Positions 28,462 through 38,189 of a stretch of 64,000 nucleotides of DNA are shown piece by piece. A program made the position numbers and the translations under genes. The notes below the pieces were generated by a model, which saw nothing but the letters and a program-made list of their open reading frames with translations, had not been told where the DNA came from and did no database searches. Every line of letters starts with the position of its first letter. Position 1 is the stretch's first letter. The stretch covers positions 3,442 through 67,441 of the forward strand of contig JBBAAQ010000008.1 of the NCBI GenBank assembly GCA_041658255.1. Reading direction: 5' to 3'. This DNA comes from Candidatus Woesearchaeota archaeon. Its GTDB lineage: Archaea > Nanobdellota > Nanobdellia > Woesearchaeales > UBA9642.

Positions 28462-28589
28462 AGATTTCAAAAGATGTAATAATTTATTAATATTGTTATC
28501 TGTGTGATTATCTTCGATGATACTCGTTCTATCGTCGAAATAATAACCTTTATAAAAACAATATCTTTTAATTTATTTAGGGGTACAGT

Positions 28590-29894
28590 ATGTTTACTAC
28601 ACGAACAAAACTATCTATGGGAAGAGCGATTCTTACAAAGAACTCTCCATTCTATATCCAGTTCTATATCACAAAAATGTGTAATTTTAAATGCAAGATG
28701 TGCAATATTGTTGAAGCAAATGCTGATGTTGACCCGTTTCATCATGATAAGATAGATGCTATCGCAAAAAATCTGAGAAAGATCGGTGCAGGAGTCATCT
28801 TACTGACTGGCGGTGAACCATTTTTGCGTACTGATATTGATTATATTGTAAAGGCATTAAAATCGCAAGATCTTGATGTGCGTTTGCAGACAAATGGTTT
28901 TAAGACAAATCGTGAAAAAATAATTGCATGTGTGGCAAATGGTGCACGCGATATTAGTATCAGTATTGATTCATTAGATGAAGAGTTATTCGATTATATC
29001 AATACAGCTAAAGGATCGCTTACTGCAGCACTGGAGACTGCAGCGTTTGTCTCAAGAAATTTTCCGAAGAAAGATTCAATCTGTGCCTTCGGATGTGTAC
29101 TCTCACGATATAATGTAGATGAAATAGAAGCAATACTTGAATTTGCAACACGGATCGGATGGTGGATTTCCCTGGTGCCGGTGCATATCACGAAAACCGA
29201 TAATCCTCTTAATTTTAGGGGATATGATGAATATTTTGAATTCAAACCAGAGGATTATCCGAAGGTCAAAGAATTGATTGGACGATTAAAGAAAAAGAAA
29301 CGTGAAGGTTACCACTTGTTTGATTCTGATGATTATCTTGATTCCATATATCATTTTATATCAACAGGAAAACCTAATTGGCGGCATAATGATGTGTGCG
29401 ATTCGCCAAACATCTATTTTGCAATACTCCCTGACGGGCGTTTTGCGCCGTGTTGTGATCATCGATTAAAAGAAAAGATCTATCTCTATGATCCTGAATT
29501 TCCCAAAATCTACCGCAGTACAATGTTTAGGGATACGGTGCGTTGCATCACCACAAAATGTCCGGGGTGTAATTTTGGAAGCTATCCTGAGATGACGCTT
29601 TCTGCAAGATCATATTCCACATTATTTGAACGATTAAAACTGCAGCAAAAGACAAAAAAAAGTGGGCTTGTATCTCTAACAGATGAAGAGATGTTGGATA
29701 TACTTGCTGATGTCAAATCAAAATATCCAATCTATGCGCAGAAACGCGATTTACCTCAACGTGAGAAAAAGAAGTGGCCGCGGGTACCTAATATCCCTGA
29801 ACGATTATGGCAGACTAAGGAGGAATTGGCGCGTAATAGTGTTGCAAAAATAGAACAGGATAAATTACAGAAGGACAATAACAATGATAAGTAA
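28590..29894 (+). CDS. Radical SAM protein with a SPASM-like C-terminus
   Basis: YITKMCNFKCKMCNI (CxxxCxxC), LLTGGEPFL, and C-terminal CCDH...CPGCNF. Confidence 0.75.
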   Translation: MFTTRTKLSMGRAILTKNSPFYIQFYITKMCNFKCKMCNIVEANADVDPFHHDKIDAIAKNLRKIGAGVILLTGGEPFLRTDIDYIVKALKSQDLDVRLQTNGFKTNREKIIACVANGARDISISIDSLDEELFDYINTAKGSLTAALETAAFVSRNFPKKDSICAFGCVLSRYNVDEIEAILEFATRIGWWISLVPVHITKTDNPLNFRGYDEYFEFKPEDYPKVKELIGRLKKKKREGYHLFDSDDYLDSIYHFISTGKPNWRHNDVCDSPNIYFAILPDGRFAPCCDHRLKEKIYLYDPEFPKIYRSTMFRDTVRCITTKCPGCNFGSYPEMTLSARSYSTLFERLKLQQKTKKSGLVSLTDEEMLDILADVKSKYPIYAQKRDLPQREKKKWPRVPNIPERLWQTKEELARNSVAKIEQDKLQKDNNNDK

Positions 29895-29923
29895 CGCGTA
29901 CTGAACGGGCAATAGTGATTGAT

Positions 29924-31657
29924 ATGCGCATTTTTATAACAGGGGCATCAGGATTTATCGGATCAGCGTTTATCGCTAAACTTAAGGAGACGCTTAAACA
30001 TCATGATACTGTTTTCGTATTATCACGTCAAGCGTGCGAATTTAATGATAAGCGATTTCATACCCTTATCGGAACACTTGAATCAATAGAACAATATACG
30101 AAGATCATTCTTTCTTGCACGTATGTTTTTCACATTGCTGCGAATGCAACTTTCGGGAATACTGCAGATTATGATTCAGTAAACTATATTCCTACAAAAA
30201 AGATTGTGGATATCCTTAAAGGAAGCAAGCGACTAAAAAATTTTATTTTTATAAGTACGATTGGTGCAATTGATCGGCATAAACATGACCAGTGCACCGC
30301 ACCGCTCACTACGCAGAGTGTCCCCTCTCCGAGATCTAAATACGGATTGTCAAAATTGAAAGCAGAACAATACATTACTGCAACGCATATCCCTTATACG
30401 ATCATTCGACCAACATGGGTATATGGAAAACATATGCGGCAGGAGTCACATATCAACTTATTTGTTACACTTGCGTATAAGAAAAATCCGTTGATGCGCT
30501 GTAATTTTCCGGGAAAAGTATCCTTGATACATGTTGATGATCTTGTGACATCATTTGCTCATTGCATCGGAAATGATCATATCATTGGAAAAACATATTT
30601 TGCAGAAACAGAAAACAGATCGTTTGGAGAATTATTTTCTTTGATTGCTAAACAAGTCCATCCTTCCAAGGATGCATTTACCCAAATACCAGTCCCTTCA
30701 TTTAAATTATTTATTGCGCGCGTACATTCACTGCTTCCTGTTCCTATAGCGAATCTATTCATCAATTATTTATATGTCACTGATCCTGCATATCATGCGG
30801 ATTTATTGTCAGGCATTCCCTTAAAAAGAATCGACGCTACAATTCCTGATGTCATCTCTACCAATACCGCTGTTTCAGGATATTGGGTGATTACCGGAGC
30901 AAACAGCGGAATAGGCCTTGCATTAGCGCGAAAACTGCATATGCAAAATAAAAATTTGATACTTATTGATAAGGAAGCTTCTGTCTTAAAAGAAGAATTC
31001 ACTCACTCAAATATTATTCATCCAAATATCAATCACTCGAATACCAACCACACAAAGATTATTATCGCAGACCTCTCTTCACATGCTGAAATCTCGCGTG
31101 CTGTTCAGGAAATACAGCATTACCTGATTTATTGTTTAGTCAATAATGCAGGGATTGGTTATCGCAAGTCATTTGCTGAATTGAGTGCTGAAGAGATATC
31201 CCGCATCATTGCAGTCAATATCAATGCGCAGGTATTTATTACAAAACTACTGCTTGATAAACTGAAAAAGGACCGCAGCGTTATTGTTAATATTGCAAGC
31301 AGTGCGGCGTATAATCCGCTGCCCAATATGCTCTTATATTCCTCAACGAAAGCATTTATCTCTAATTGGTCGGAATCATTGACCTTTGAATTGCGTGATA
31401 CAAATCATGTCATCACATTTTCGCCTTCAGGAACAAATACTAATTTTCAGCAGACTGCAGGTGTGCGAAAAGAGAACAACGGCAAAGGTCTTAAGACACC
31501 TGAATATGTTGCTGATAAGATCATTGACGCTGTAAAAAAGAATCGCAGCGTAGTAATCCTGGATTTTAAAACCAATATTTTGCTTTACGGTTCAAAATTT
31601 CTTCCACGAAAACTCAACATCCTTTTCTGGGGGAATCTCTTTAAAAAAATGCGGTAG
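29924..31657 (+). CDS. Fusion of an NAD-dependent epimerase/dehydratase domain and a short-chain dehydrogenase (SDR) domain
   Basis: The N-terminal domain carries ITGASGFIGSAF...YGLSK. The C-terminal domain carries ITGANSGIGLALARKL...NNAG...YSSTKAF. Confidence 0.75.
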   Translation: MRIFITGASGFIGSAFIAKLKETLKHHDTVFVLSRQACEFNDKRFHTLIGTLESIEQYTKIILSCTYVFHIAANATFGNTADYDSVNYIPTKKIVDILKGSKRLKNFIFISTIGAIDRHKHDQCTAPLTTQSVPSPRSKYGLSKLKAEQYITATHIPYTIIRPTWVYGKHMRQESHINLFVTLAYKKNPLMRCNFPGKVSLIHVDDLVTSFAHCIGNDHIIGKTYFAETENRSFGELFSLIAKQVHPSKDAFTQIPVPSFKLFIARVHSLLPVPIANLFINYLYVTDPAYHADLLSGIPLKRIDATIPDVISTNTAVSGYWVITGANSGIGLALARKLHMQNKNLILIDKEASVLKEEFTHSNIIHPNINHSNTNHTKIIIADLSSHAEISRAVQEIQHYLIYCLVNNAGIGYRKSFAELSAEEISRIIAVNINAQVFITKLLLDKLKKDRSVIVNIASSAAYNPLPNMLLYSSTKAFISNWSESLTFELRDTNHVITFSPSGTNTNFQQTAGVRKENNGKGLKTPEYVADKIIDAVKKNRSVVILDFKTNILLYGSKFLPRKLNILFWGNLFKKMR

Positions 31658-31665
31658 GTGAATTT

Positions 31666-32619
31666 ATGAAAAAACACACATTAGATATCATCATTCCCAT
31701 ATATAATGAACAGCAATGTATTCCTGAATTAATGAAACGGCTTTTGGCATTGAAGAGAAAAATGAAGACAGTTGAGATAGGTTTCGTCTTCATCAATGAC
31801 GGTTCAAAAGATAAAAGCCTCCCGATGTTGTATTCCTATGCGGATAAATACAAGGGCATTACAGTCATTAATTTTTCAAGGAATTTTGGCCACCAGCTTG
31901 CGGTCACTGCAGGGGTTGATCATACGACTGCGGATTATGTTGTTATTATTGATGCAGACTTACAAGACCCTCCTGAAATCATCGCTGACATGTACGCGAA
32001 AGCGAAAGCAGGGTATGATATTGTTTATGGCCAACGTATTGTTCGGAAGGGAGAAACAGTCTTTAAAAAAGCGACCGCAGCACTATTCTATCGGTTAATC
32101 AATATGTTATGCGATGTTGAAATCCCTGTCGATACCGGAGATTTTAGGCTTATCACGAAAAAAGTTGTAGACACACTCAAATCAATGCGCGAGAAACATC
32201 GATTCATCCGCGGAATGGTTCCATGGGTCGGATTCAAAAGCTATCCCTACCAGTATCATCGCGATATCCGTTATGCCGGAGAAACAAAATATCCTTTGAG
32301 AAAAATGCTTAGACTTGCTAAAGATGCAGTATTTTCTTTTTCTGACAAACCGCTAAGACTGGCGACCTATATAGGATTTATAACACTTATTATAGGAATA
32401 CTTTCCTTAATCGTATTATTATATCTGCGATTTTTTACCGCATCGTATATCTCCGGAATAACTGCAGTCATTACTGCGCTCGTTATCCTTTCTGGAGTAC
32501 AAATCTTCATTATGGGGATTATGGGTGAATATATCGGAAGGATATTTGAGGAATCAAAAAAAAGGCCATTATATGTTGTTGAACATATAAAAACAAGCAA
32601 GTTCAAAACAAATAAATAA
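31666..32619 (+). CDS. Membrane-anchored GT2 polyprenyl-phosphate glycosyltransferase (ArnC/GtrB/AglD-like)
   Basis: IIIPIYNE...INDGSKD...IDADLQDPPE, with two C-terminal TM helices. Confidence 0.8.
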   Translation: MKKHTLDIIIPIYNEQQCIPELMKRLLALKRKMKTVEIGFVFINDGSKDKSLPMLYSYADKYKGITVINFSRNFGHQLAVTAGVDHTTADYVVIIDADLQDPPEIIADMYAKAKAGYDIVYGQRIVRKGETVFKKATAALFYRLINMLCDVEIPVDTGDFRLITKKVVDTLKSMREKHRFIRGMVPWVGFKSYPYQYHRDIRYAGETKYPLRKMLRLAKDAVFSFSDKPLRLATYIGFITLIIGILSLIVLLYLRFFTASYISGITAVITALVILSGVQIFIMGIMGEYIGRIFEESKKRPLYVVEHIKTSKFKTNK

Positions 32620-32637
32620 TACTCTGTAGTGTTGCAT

Positions 32638-33477
32638 ATGAGGAGAATCATGACAAAAATTTTGCCAAAAGATAAGAAAAAAAAGATTATTTTCAAAAAA
32701 GAAGAAAAATTTCATGATGCATGGGCAAATAGTATTGATATTAATACACTCATGGTTGACGAATCTTTTGAAGCATGCACTGCTCCTGAAAATAAACTCA
32801 TCTTAAAAAAATTGGGCAATATCCGCAAAAAAAGGATTCTCGAACTCGGTTGTGGTGCCGGAGAATCATCAGTATATTTTGCAAAAAAAGGCGCCATAGT
32901 AGTCGCAACTGATCTTTCAAGTGGAATGCTTAAGGTCGTACAAAAACTTGCAAAAAAACATCATGTACATCTAAAAACCACCCGATGTCGGAGTGATAAA
33001 ACCCCCTTTGCAGATTCAAGTTTTGATATTGTTTACGCGGCAAACCTTATGCATCATGTTGAACATGCACCTACATTAACTGAAGCATACCGTGTATTAA
33101 AAAAAAGAGGGATTTTTGTGTCTTATGATCCGTTGGCATATAATCCTTTGCTTAATATTTATCGAAAAAAGGCAACGCAGGTACGCACTGAAGACGAGAC
33201 ACCTATAAAACTGTCTGATCTTAAGAAATTTAAAAAGATTTTTTCTAAAGTGGAATATCATGCAACATGGCTTTGTGCATTATGGATATTTATCCGGTTT
33301 TATCTTATCGAAAAAGTCGACCCTAATAAAGAGCGGTACTGGAAAAAGATTCTTATTGAGCATAAGCGACTCGAGAAATCATATACCCGACTGGAAAGGA
33401 TCGATAAAGTATTATTCAGACTATTCCCCTTTTTGAAACGCTTTGGGTGGAATATTGTTATTATTGCAAAAAAATAA
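32638..33477 (+). CDS. Class I SAM-dependent methyltransferase
   Basis: ILELGCGAGESSVYFAKKGAIVVATDLS...FDIVYAANLMHHV. Confidence 0.75.
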   Translation: MRRIMTKILPKDKKKKIIFKKEEKFHDAWANSIDINTLMVDESFEACTAPENKLILKKLGNIRKKRILELGCGAGESSVYFAKKGAIVVATDLSSGMLKVVQKLAKKHHVHLKTTRCRSDKTPFADSSFDIVYAANLMHHVEHAPTLTEAYRVLKKRGIFVSYDPLAYNPLLNIYRKKATQVRTEDETPIKLSDLKKFKKIFSKVEYHATWLCALWIFIRFYLIEKVDPNKERYWKKILIEHKRLEKSYTRLERIDKVLFRLFPFLKRFGWNIVIIAKK

Positions 33478-33483
33478 TTGATT

Positions 33484-33897
33484 ATGCATGTACACGCGAT
33501 TATGAAATTATCCACGAAATCTCATTCATCTTATGCGGGAGTAATACTATTAATAATTGTATGTACCCTATTCACGTCTATTGGTCAACTCTTATTAAAA
33601 CTTGGTTCAAGTCATACAAATTCAATTATAGAAATCGTCACTAACATCCCGCTTATTTTTGGACTCATCTCTTATGCTTTTGGTGCAGTCCTACTCATCC
33701 TTGCATTAAAGTATGGCGAACTTTCATTAATTTATCCATTCATCGCCTTAAGTTTTATCTGGGTGAATCTACTTTCATTATTTATCTTTCATGAATATAT
33801 TGCATTCATCAATTGGATAGGTATTATCGCTATTGTTATCGGTGTTTCGCTTATCGGGTATGGTGGGCATGAACATCGTAAGGCGGTGAAATCATGA
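33484..33897 (+). CDS. Small EamA/SMR-like 4-TM transporter subunit (ArnE/ArnF-like)
   Basis: About 130 aa with 4 predicted TM helices. An ATGA overlap links it to the next gene. Confidence 0.55.
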   Translation: MHVHAIMKLSTKSHSSYAGVILLIIVCTLFTSIGQLLLKLGSSHTNSIIEIVTNIPLIFGLISYAFGAVLLILALKYGELSLIYPFIALSFIWVNLLSLFIFHEYIAFINWIGIIAIVIGVSLIGYGGHEHRKAVKS

Positions 33898-34250
33898 ATA
33901 TCTTTGTAGTCATCATCATCATGATTGTTGCAACACTTATTGGTTCATTAGGATCTATCTTCCTTAAACTCGGAGCAGCACATTTTACCATCAGATTCAC
34001 ATTCAAAAATCTCATACATCTATTCCGGAATTGGCGTCTCATCCTTGGCATATTCCTTTATGCACTTTCAACAATTCCCTTCATCTATCTATTACGTTCA
34101 GTCGAACTCTCCGTACTCTACCCGCTTACTGCCCTAGGATATATCTTTATCATATTCTTTTCGAGATTAATCCTTAAAGAACACATCACATCATATAAGA
34201 TTGTAGGTATACTATTTATTATTCTTGGTGTGATCTTTGTAACACTCTAG
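33894..34250 (+). CDS. Small EamA/SMR-like 4-TM transporter subunit (ArnE/ArnF-like)
   Basis: 118 aa with 4 TM helices. Its last ~253 bp are reiterated twice downstream. Confidence 0.55.
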   Translation: MNIFVVIIIMIVATLIGSLGSIFLKLGAAHFTIRFTFKNLIHLFRNWRLILGIFLYALSTIPFIYLLRSVELSVLYPLTALGYIFIIFFSRLILKEHITSYKIVGILFIILGVIFVTL

Positions 34251-34329
34251 TCACACTGGCGTTTTTTAAGCTCAAAACGAAACATTTATATACTTTTAAG
34301 TGAACACTTGTTCATATAAAGGTGAACAC

Positions 34330-34929
34330 ATGTATATTAATAAGTCTACAGCTAAAATACTCCAATTATTTATTAGTCATATAACTGAATCATTTACTCT
34401 TAGGGAAGTAGCAAGAAGATTAAATATGTATGTATCCCTTGCACATCGAGCTATACGGCCGTTAATAGATGCTAAGATTGTTGAGCAAGATAAACATAAA
34501 AATCTTAGCCTAAATTACAAGATTCATCATGAAACTATTGCTTTTGCTGAATATCTAAGGAGAGATCATTTTCTTGATAAATTCAAGGAGGTTAAATTTT
34601 TTGCAGATGAAGTTATTAAAAAAATTGAACAGAACAGTTTTGTTTTGCTTGTTTTTGGTTCATCAATTGAATCCCGTAAACCCAGAGATATTGATATATT
34701 ACTCATTGTAGATAGTACTGATAAAATAGCATTCCATGAGAAATTCTTACACAACATCGCATCGAATTATGATTTACCATTTGAGGAAAGAGTTGTAGGA
34801 TTTGAAAGTGTTTACGAAATGCTTACCAAGCGTGATGAAAAAAATGTTATGAACGAGTTATTGAACAAACATATCATTTTATATGGTGCGGAACTGTTTT
34901 ATAGACTAATTCAAAGGGGGCGGTTATAA
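34330..34929 (+). CDS. wHTH plus nucleotidyltransferase (MNT-like) protein
   Basis: LLVFGSSIESRKPRDIDILLIVDS. It is a paralogue of 5370-6023. Confidence 0.6.
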   Translation: MYINKSTAKILQLFISHITESFTLREVARRLNMYVSLAHRAIRPLIDAKIVEQDKHKNLSLNYKIHHETIAFAEYLRRDHFLDKFKEVKFFADEVIKKIEQNSFVLLVFGSSIESRKPRDIDILLIVDSTDKIAFHEKFLHNIASNYDLPFEERVVGFESVYEMLTKRDEKNVMNELLNKHIILYGAELFYRLIQRGRL

Positions 34930-34930
34930 C

Positions 34931-35134
34931 ATGTTAGATGAAAAAAAGCTAAAAGAAGCAGAAAGCAGGATTAAGCAGTTTATACGTGAAGGAATAATTA
35001 AGTCAAAGGGAAAGCCAGAGCAGGTAGATTTTTTTATTAAGAATGCTGACGATTCAATTGATTCTGCAAAAGCATTATTTGAGTTATCAACCAATCCTGA
35101 AAAACAGGAAGTAATATGTTCATTATCTTATTGA
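34931..35134 (+). pseudogene. Truncated HEPN-like ORF
   Basis: EAESRIKQFIREGII...FFIKNADDSIDSAKALFELS is a HEPN-type N-terminus. It ends after 67 aa, just upstream of foreign fragments. Confidence 0.4.
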
Positions 35135-35160
35135 ATTCAGGTTTCATGGAAAAGCAAAGT

Positions 35161-35252
35161 ATGAAGTCAAAGAGTTTAAACAATCACATGATCGGTTTAT
35201 CATAATAGATAATAAAGAGGTTTATCATTTTGGTGCTTCATTAAAAGATTTA
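35161..35252 (+). pseudogene. Fragment of an ORF6N/PLD-like gene 3' region
   Basis: The ~84 bp at 35169-35252 are near-identical to 25844-25927 and encode KEFKQSHDRFIIIDNKEVYHFGASLKDL. Confidence 0.8.
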
Positions 35253-35503
35253 CACTCAAAAATCTTGTCGCTCTTATCAAAAATTGGCGTCTCATTCTTG
35301 GAATTGTACTCTATGCTCTTTCAACAATTCCATTTATATACCTTCTCCGTTCAGTCGAACTCTCCGTATTATATCCTATGACGGCCTTAGGATATATCTT
35401 TGTCATATTCTTTTCGAGATTAATCCTTAAAGAACATATTACTTTTTACAAGATCGGAGGAATCATCTTTATCATTCTTGGCGTAGTGTGCGTGACACTC
35501 TAA
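35253..35503 (+). repeat. 5'-truncated copy 2 of the 3' end of the transporter gene 33894-34250
   Basis: It aligns with 33998-34250. The reading frame is preserved (..WRLILGIVLYALSTIPFIYLLRSVELSVLYPMTALGYIFVIFFSRLILKEH..) and substitutions are scattered. Confidence 0.85.
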
Positions 35504-35563
35504 TGTGTTGTAGTATATAATGTACCAGTGTTCACTTCTCACACTGGTCATGCACGCGTGAAG

Positions 35564-35571
35564 TTTATAAG
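35564..35571 (+). promoter_or_regulatory. TATA box of cassette B (within the conserved 74-bp segment 35539-35612)
   Basis: gaagTTTATAAGttc, 28 bp before the ATG at 35599. Confidence 0.5.
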
Positions 35572-35598
35572 TTCATAGATATTTCTTAAAGCAGGTTG

Positions 35599-36468
35599 AT
35601 GCGCATGGATATACATTATTCGATAAAATTATTTGAAGATAAGAAAGTTAGAGTTCAATGGGTTGAGGAAGAGGAAAAATGGTATTTTTCAATAGTTGAT
35701 GTTATGGAAGTACTTACAGAAAGCTTAACACCGCGAAGATACTGGTCTGACCTAAAAATCAAGCTCAAAGAGGAAGGTTTTGAGTTGTACGATAAAATCG
35801 TACAACTGAAATTAGTATCTTCGGATGGTAAAAAGTATGAAACGGACTGTGCTGATACGGAGCTAGTATTAAGACTGGTCCAGTCCATTCCTTCAAAGAA
35901 AGCTGAACCTTTCAAAGTTTGGCTTGCAAAAGTGGGGAATGATCGAATAAATGAGACATATGATCCTGAACTTGCCTTTGATAGGGCCATGAAGACGTAT
36001 TTGCAAAAGGGTTATTCTCAAGAATGGATTAATCAGCGACTAAAAACTATTGAAATACGTAAAGAACTCACTGACGAATGGAATAGGTCTGGAGTAAGTA
36101 AAGAATCAGATTATGCAATACTCACTAATGAAATAACTCACGCATGGTCAGGAAAGACGGTTCAAGAATACAAAAGATTAAAGAGTCTTAAGAAGGAAAA
36201 TCTTAGGGATAATATGACGAATCTTGAACTCGTATTAAATATGCTTGCAGAAGCCACAACCACTGAGATTTCAAAAAATGAGGATCCAAAAACATTTCCT
36301 GAAAATAAAAATGTTGCGAAAAGAGGAGGAACAATCGCAGGAAATACGCGGATAGATATAGAGAAACAATTAAAAAGAAGTGTGGTGACCACAAAAAATG
36401 CAAAAGACGATATTAAAAAATTAGATTCCGATCGTATCAAAAAAATAGGACACAAAAAGAAAGGATGA
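35599..36468 (+). CDS. Bro-N domain protein (phage antirepressor-like)
   Basis: FEDKKVRVQWVEEEEKWYFSIVDVMEVLTES...RRYWSDLK is a Bro-N signature. Confidence 0.65.
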   Translation: MRMDIHYSIKLFEDKKVRVQWVEEEEKWYFSIVDVMEVLTESLTPRRYWSDLKIKLKEEGFELYDKIVQLKLVSSDGKKYETDCADTELVLRLVQSIPSKKAEPFKVWLAKVGNDRINETYDPELAFDRAMKTYLQKGYSQEWINQRLKTIEIRKELTDEWNRSGVSKESDYAILTNEITHAWSGKTVQEYKRLKSLKKENLRDNMTNLELVLNMLAEATTTEISKNEDPKTFPENKNVAKRGGTIAGNTRIDIEKQLKRSVVTTKNAKDDIKKLDSDRIKKIGHKKKG

Positions 36469-36477
36469 TGATATATC

Positions 36478-36730
36478 CACATTCAAAAATCTCATCCTTT
36501 TACTCCGGAATTGGCGTCTCATCCTTGGCATATTCCTTTATGCACTTTCAACAATTCCATTTATATACCTTCTCCGTTCAGTCGAACTCTCCGTACTCTA
36601 CCCGCTTACTGCCCTAGGATATATCTTTATCATATTCTTTTCAAGACTAATCCTTAAAGAACATATCACATCTTACAAGATCGCAGGAATTATATTTATC
36701 ATTATCGGCGTCGTGTTTGTGACGCTCTAG
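36478..36730 (+). repeat. 5'-truncated copy 3 of the 3' end of the transporter gene
   Basis: It aligns with 33998-34250 and is closer to the intact gene than copy 2 is. Confidence 0.85.
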
Positions 36731-36755
36731 TCACACTGGTCATGCACGCGTGAAG

Positions 36756-36763
36756 TTTATAAG
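36756..36763 (+). promoter_or_regulatory. TATA box of cassette C (within the conserved segment 36731-36804)
   Basis: The sequence and the 28-bp spacing to the ATG at 36791 are the same as in cassette B. Confidence 0.5.
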
Positions 36764-36790
36764 TTCAAAGATATTTCTTAAAGCAGGTTG

Positions 36791-37645
36791 ATGAACATGG
36801 ATAAACAAATTATCTCTAAACTTCAAAAGACATTTGAAGATTATGCAAAAGAGACTGAAGGAATAGAATTCTGGTTTGCAAGAGACTTACAAATTCTTCT
36901 CGAGTATGAGGACTGGCGAAATTTTTGGAATGTCATTGAAAAAGCAAAGATGGCCTGTAAAAATTCAGGTTACGACGTAAACCATCATTTCGTTGATGTC
37001 ACCAAAACGATCCTTATGCCAAAAAGTGCAAGTAAAGAAATTCCTGATATTGTTCTTACGCGATATGCGTGTTATCTTGTTGCACAAAATGGTGATTCAA
37101 GAAAAGAACCAATTGCGTTTGCCCAAAGTTATTTTGCAGTACAGACGAGAAAACAGGAATTAATAGAAAAACGGATAGCATTACAGGAACGATTTGAAGC
37201 AAGAAATAAACTCATTGTTTCAGAAACAGAACTTTCTAAACTGATTTATGAACGCGGTGTTGATGATGCAGGATTTGCAAGAATTCGGGGTAAAGGAGAT
37301 GAAGCGCTCTTTGGAGGGTTCACAACAGCACAAATGAAAGTCAAGCTTAAAATCCCGCAAAACAGACCAATGGCAGATTTTTTACCGACAGTAACAATAA
37401 CTGCTAAAAATTTTGCTACTGAAATCACGAATTTTAATGTAATAAAAGAAAACCTTAATGGAGAAATCGATATCACTCACGAACATGTAAAGAACAACAC
37501 AAAAATCCGTGGAGTGCTTATAGAGAGTGGAATTGCTCCAGAAAATTTGCCTCCGGAAGAAGATTTAAAGAAACTTGAACGAAGGGTTAAAAAAGACGAA
37601 AAGAGTATAGCCCTCCATGCAAAACATCACATTAAACTAAAATAG
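36791..37645 (+). CDS. dinD: DNA damage-inducible protein D (DinD)-like
   Basis: EGIEFWFARDLQILLEYEDWRNFWNVIEKAKMACKNSG...LTRYACYLVAQNGDSRKEPIAFAQSYFAVQTR closely follows the DinD family pattern. Confidence 0.75.
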   Translation: MNMDKQIISKLQKTFEDYAKETEGIEFWFARDLQILLEYEDWRNFWNVIEKAKMACKNSGYDVNHHFVDVTKTILMPKSASKEIPDIVLTRYACYLVAQNGDSRKEPIAFAQSYFAVQTRKQELIEKRIALQERFEARNKLIVSETELSKLIYERGVDDAGFARIRGKGDEALFGGFTTAQMKVKLKIPQNRPMADFLPTVTITAKNFATEITNFNVIKENLNGEIDITHEHVKNNTKIRGVLIESGIAPENLPPEEDLKKLERRVKKDEKSIALHAKHHIKLK

Positions 37646-37856
37646 GCGTTTTGTTTAGCATGCTCACATTTTATATTGTTTTGCGTTCGTAGCCGAGTTA
37701 TATTCACTTCTCGCACTGGACAGGCACGCACGAAATTTATAACAAGAGAGATGCTTCTTCAAATGTGCCACTATTTTACTCATTCTCTTCATATTATTAG
37801 CTTAGAAAGTTATCAAAAGCGATAACTTTACACATCAGGAACAAGATAACTATCTT

Positions 37857-38105
37857 ATGCAGACGATATTATTACTAAAACAATTGGATGAAAAGGCGGT
37901 ATTTACAATACAAGATATTAAGAGAATAACTCATTGTAATAGTTTGTACGCTAAACAGATCATAAATCGATTGCACAAAAAAGGATTCATAAAAAAGATT
38001 GATAAAAAAGGGAGCATATGGGTGAGTGAACTAAGTCCATTAATAGATACTGTTCCAAAATTTAGCGAAGTAAAAAATAAAATACTCAAAAACATCAGCG
38101 GATAA
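37857..38105 (+). CDS. Small wHTH protein
   Basis: FTIQDIKRITHCNSLYAKQIINRLHKKGFIKKI. Confidence 0.35.
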   Translation: MQTILLLKQLDEKAVFTIQDIKRITHCNSLYAKQIINRLHKKGFIKKIDKKGSIWVSELSPLIDTVPKFSEVKNKILKNISG

Positions 38106-38189
38106 AATAATACGCGAAGATTGTTACGATTACTCTATCAAAAGCGCTTCCGTAATATTTTTAAACTCCTCACCGTATAAGCATATGCT

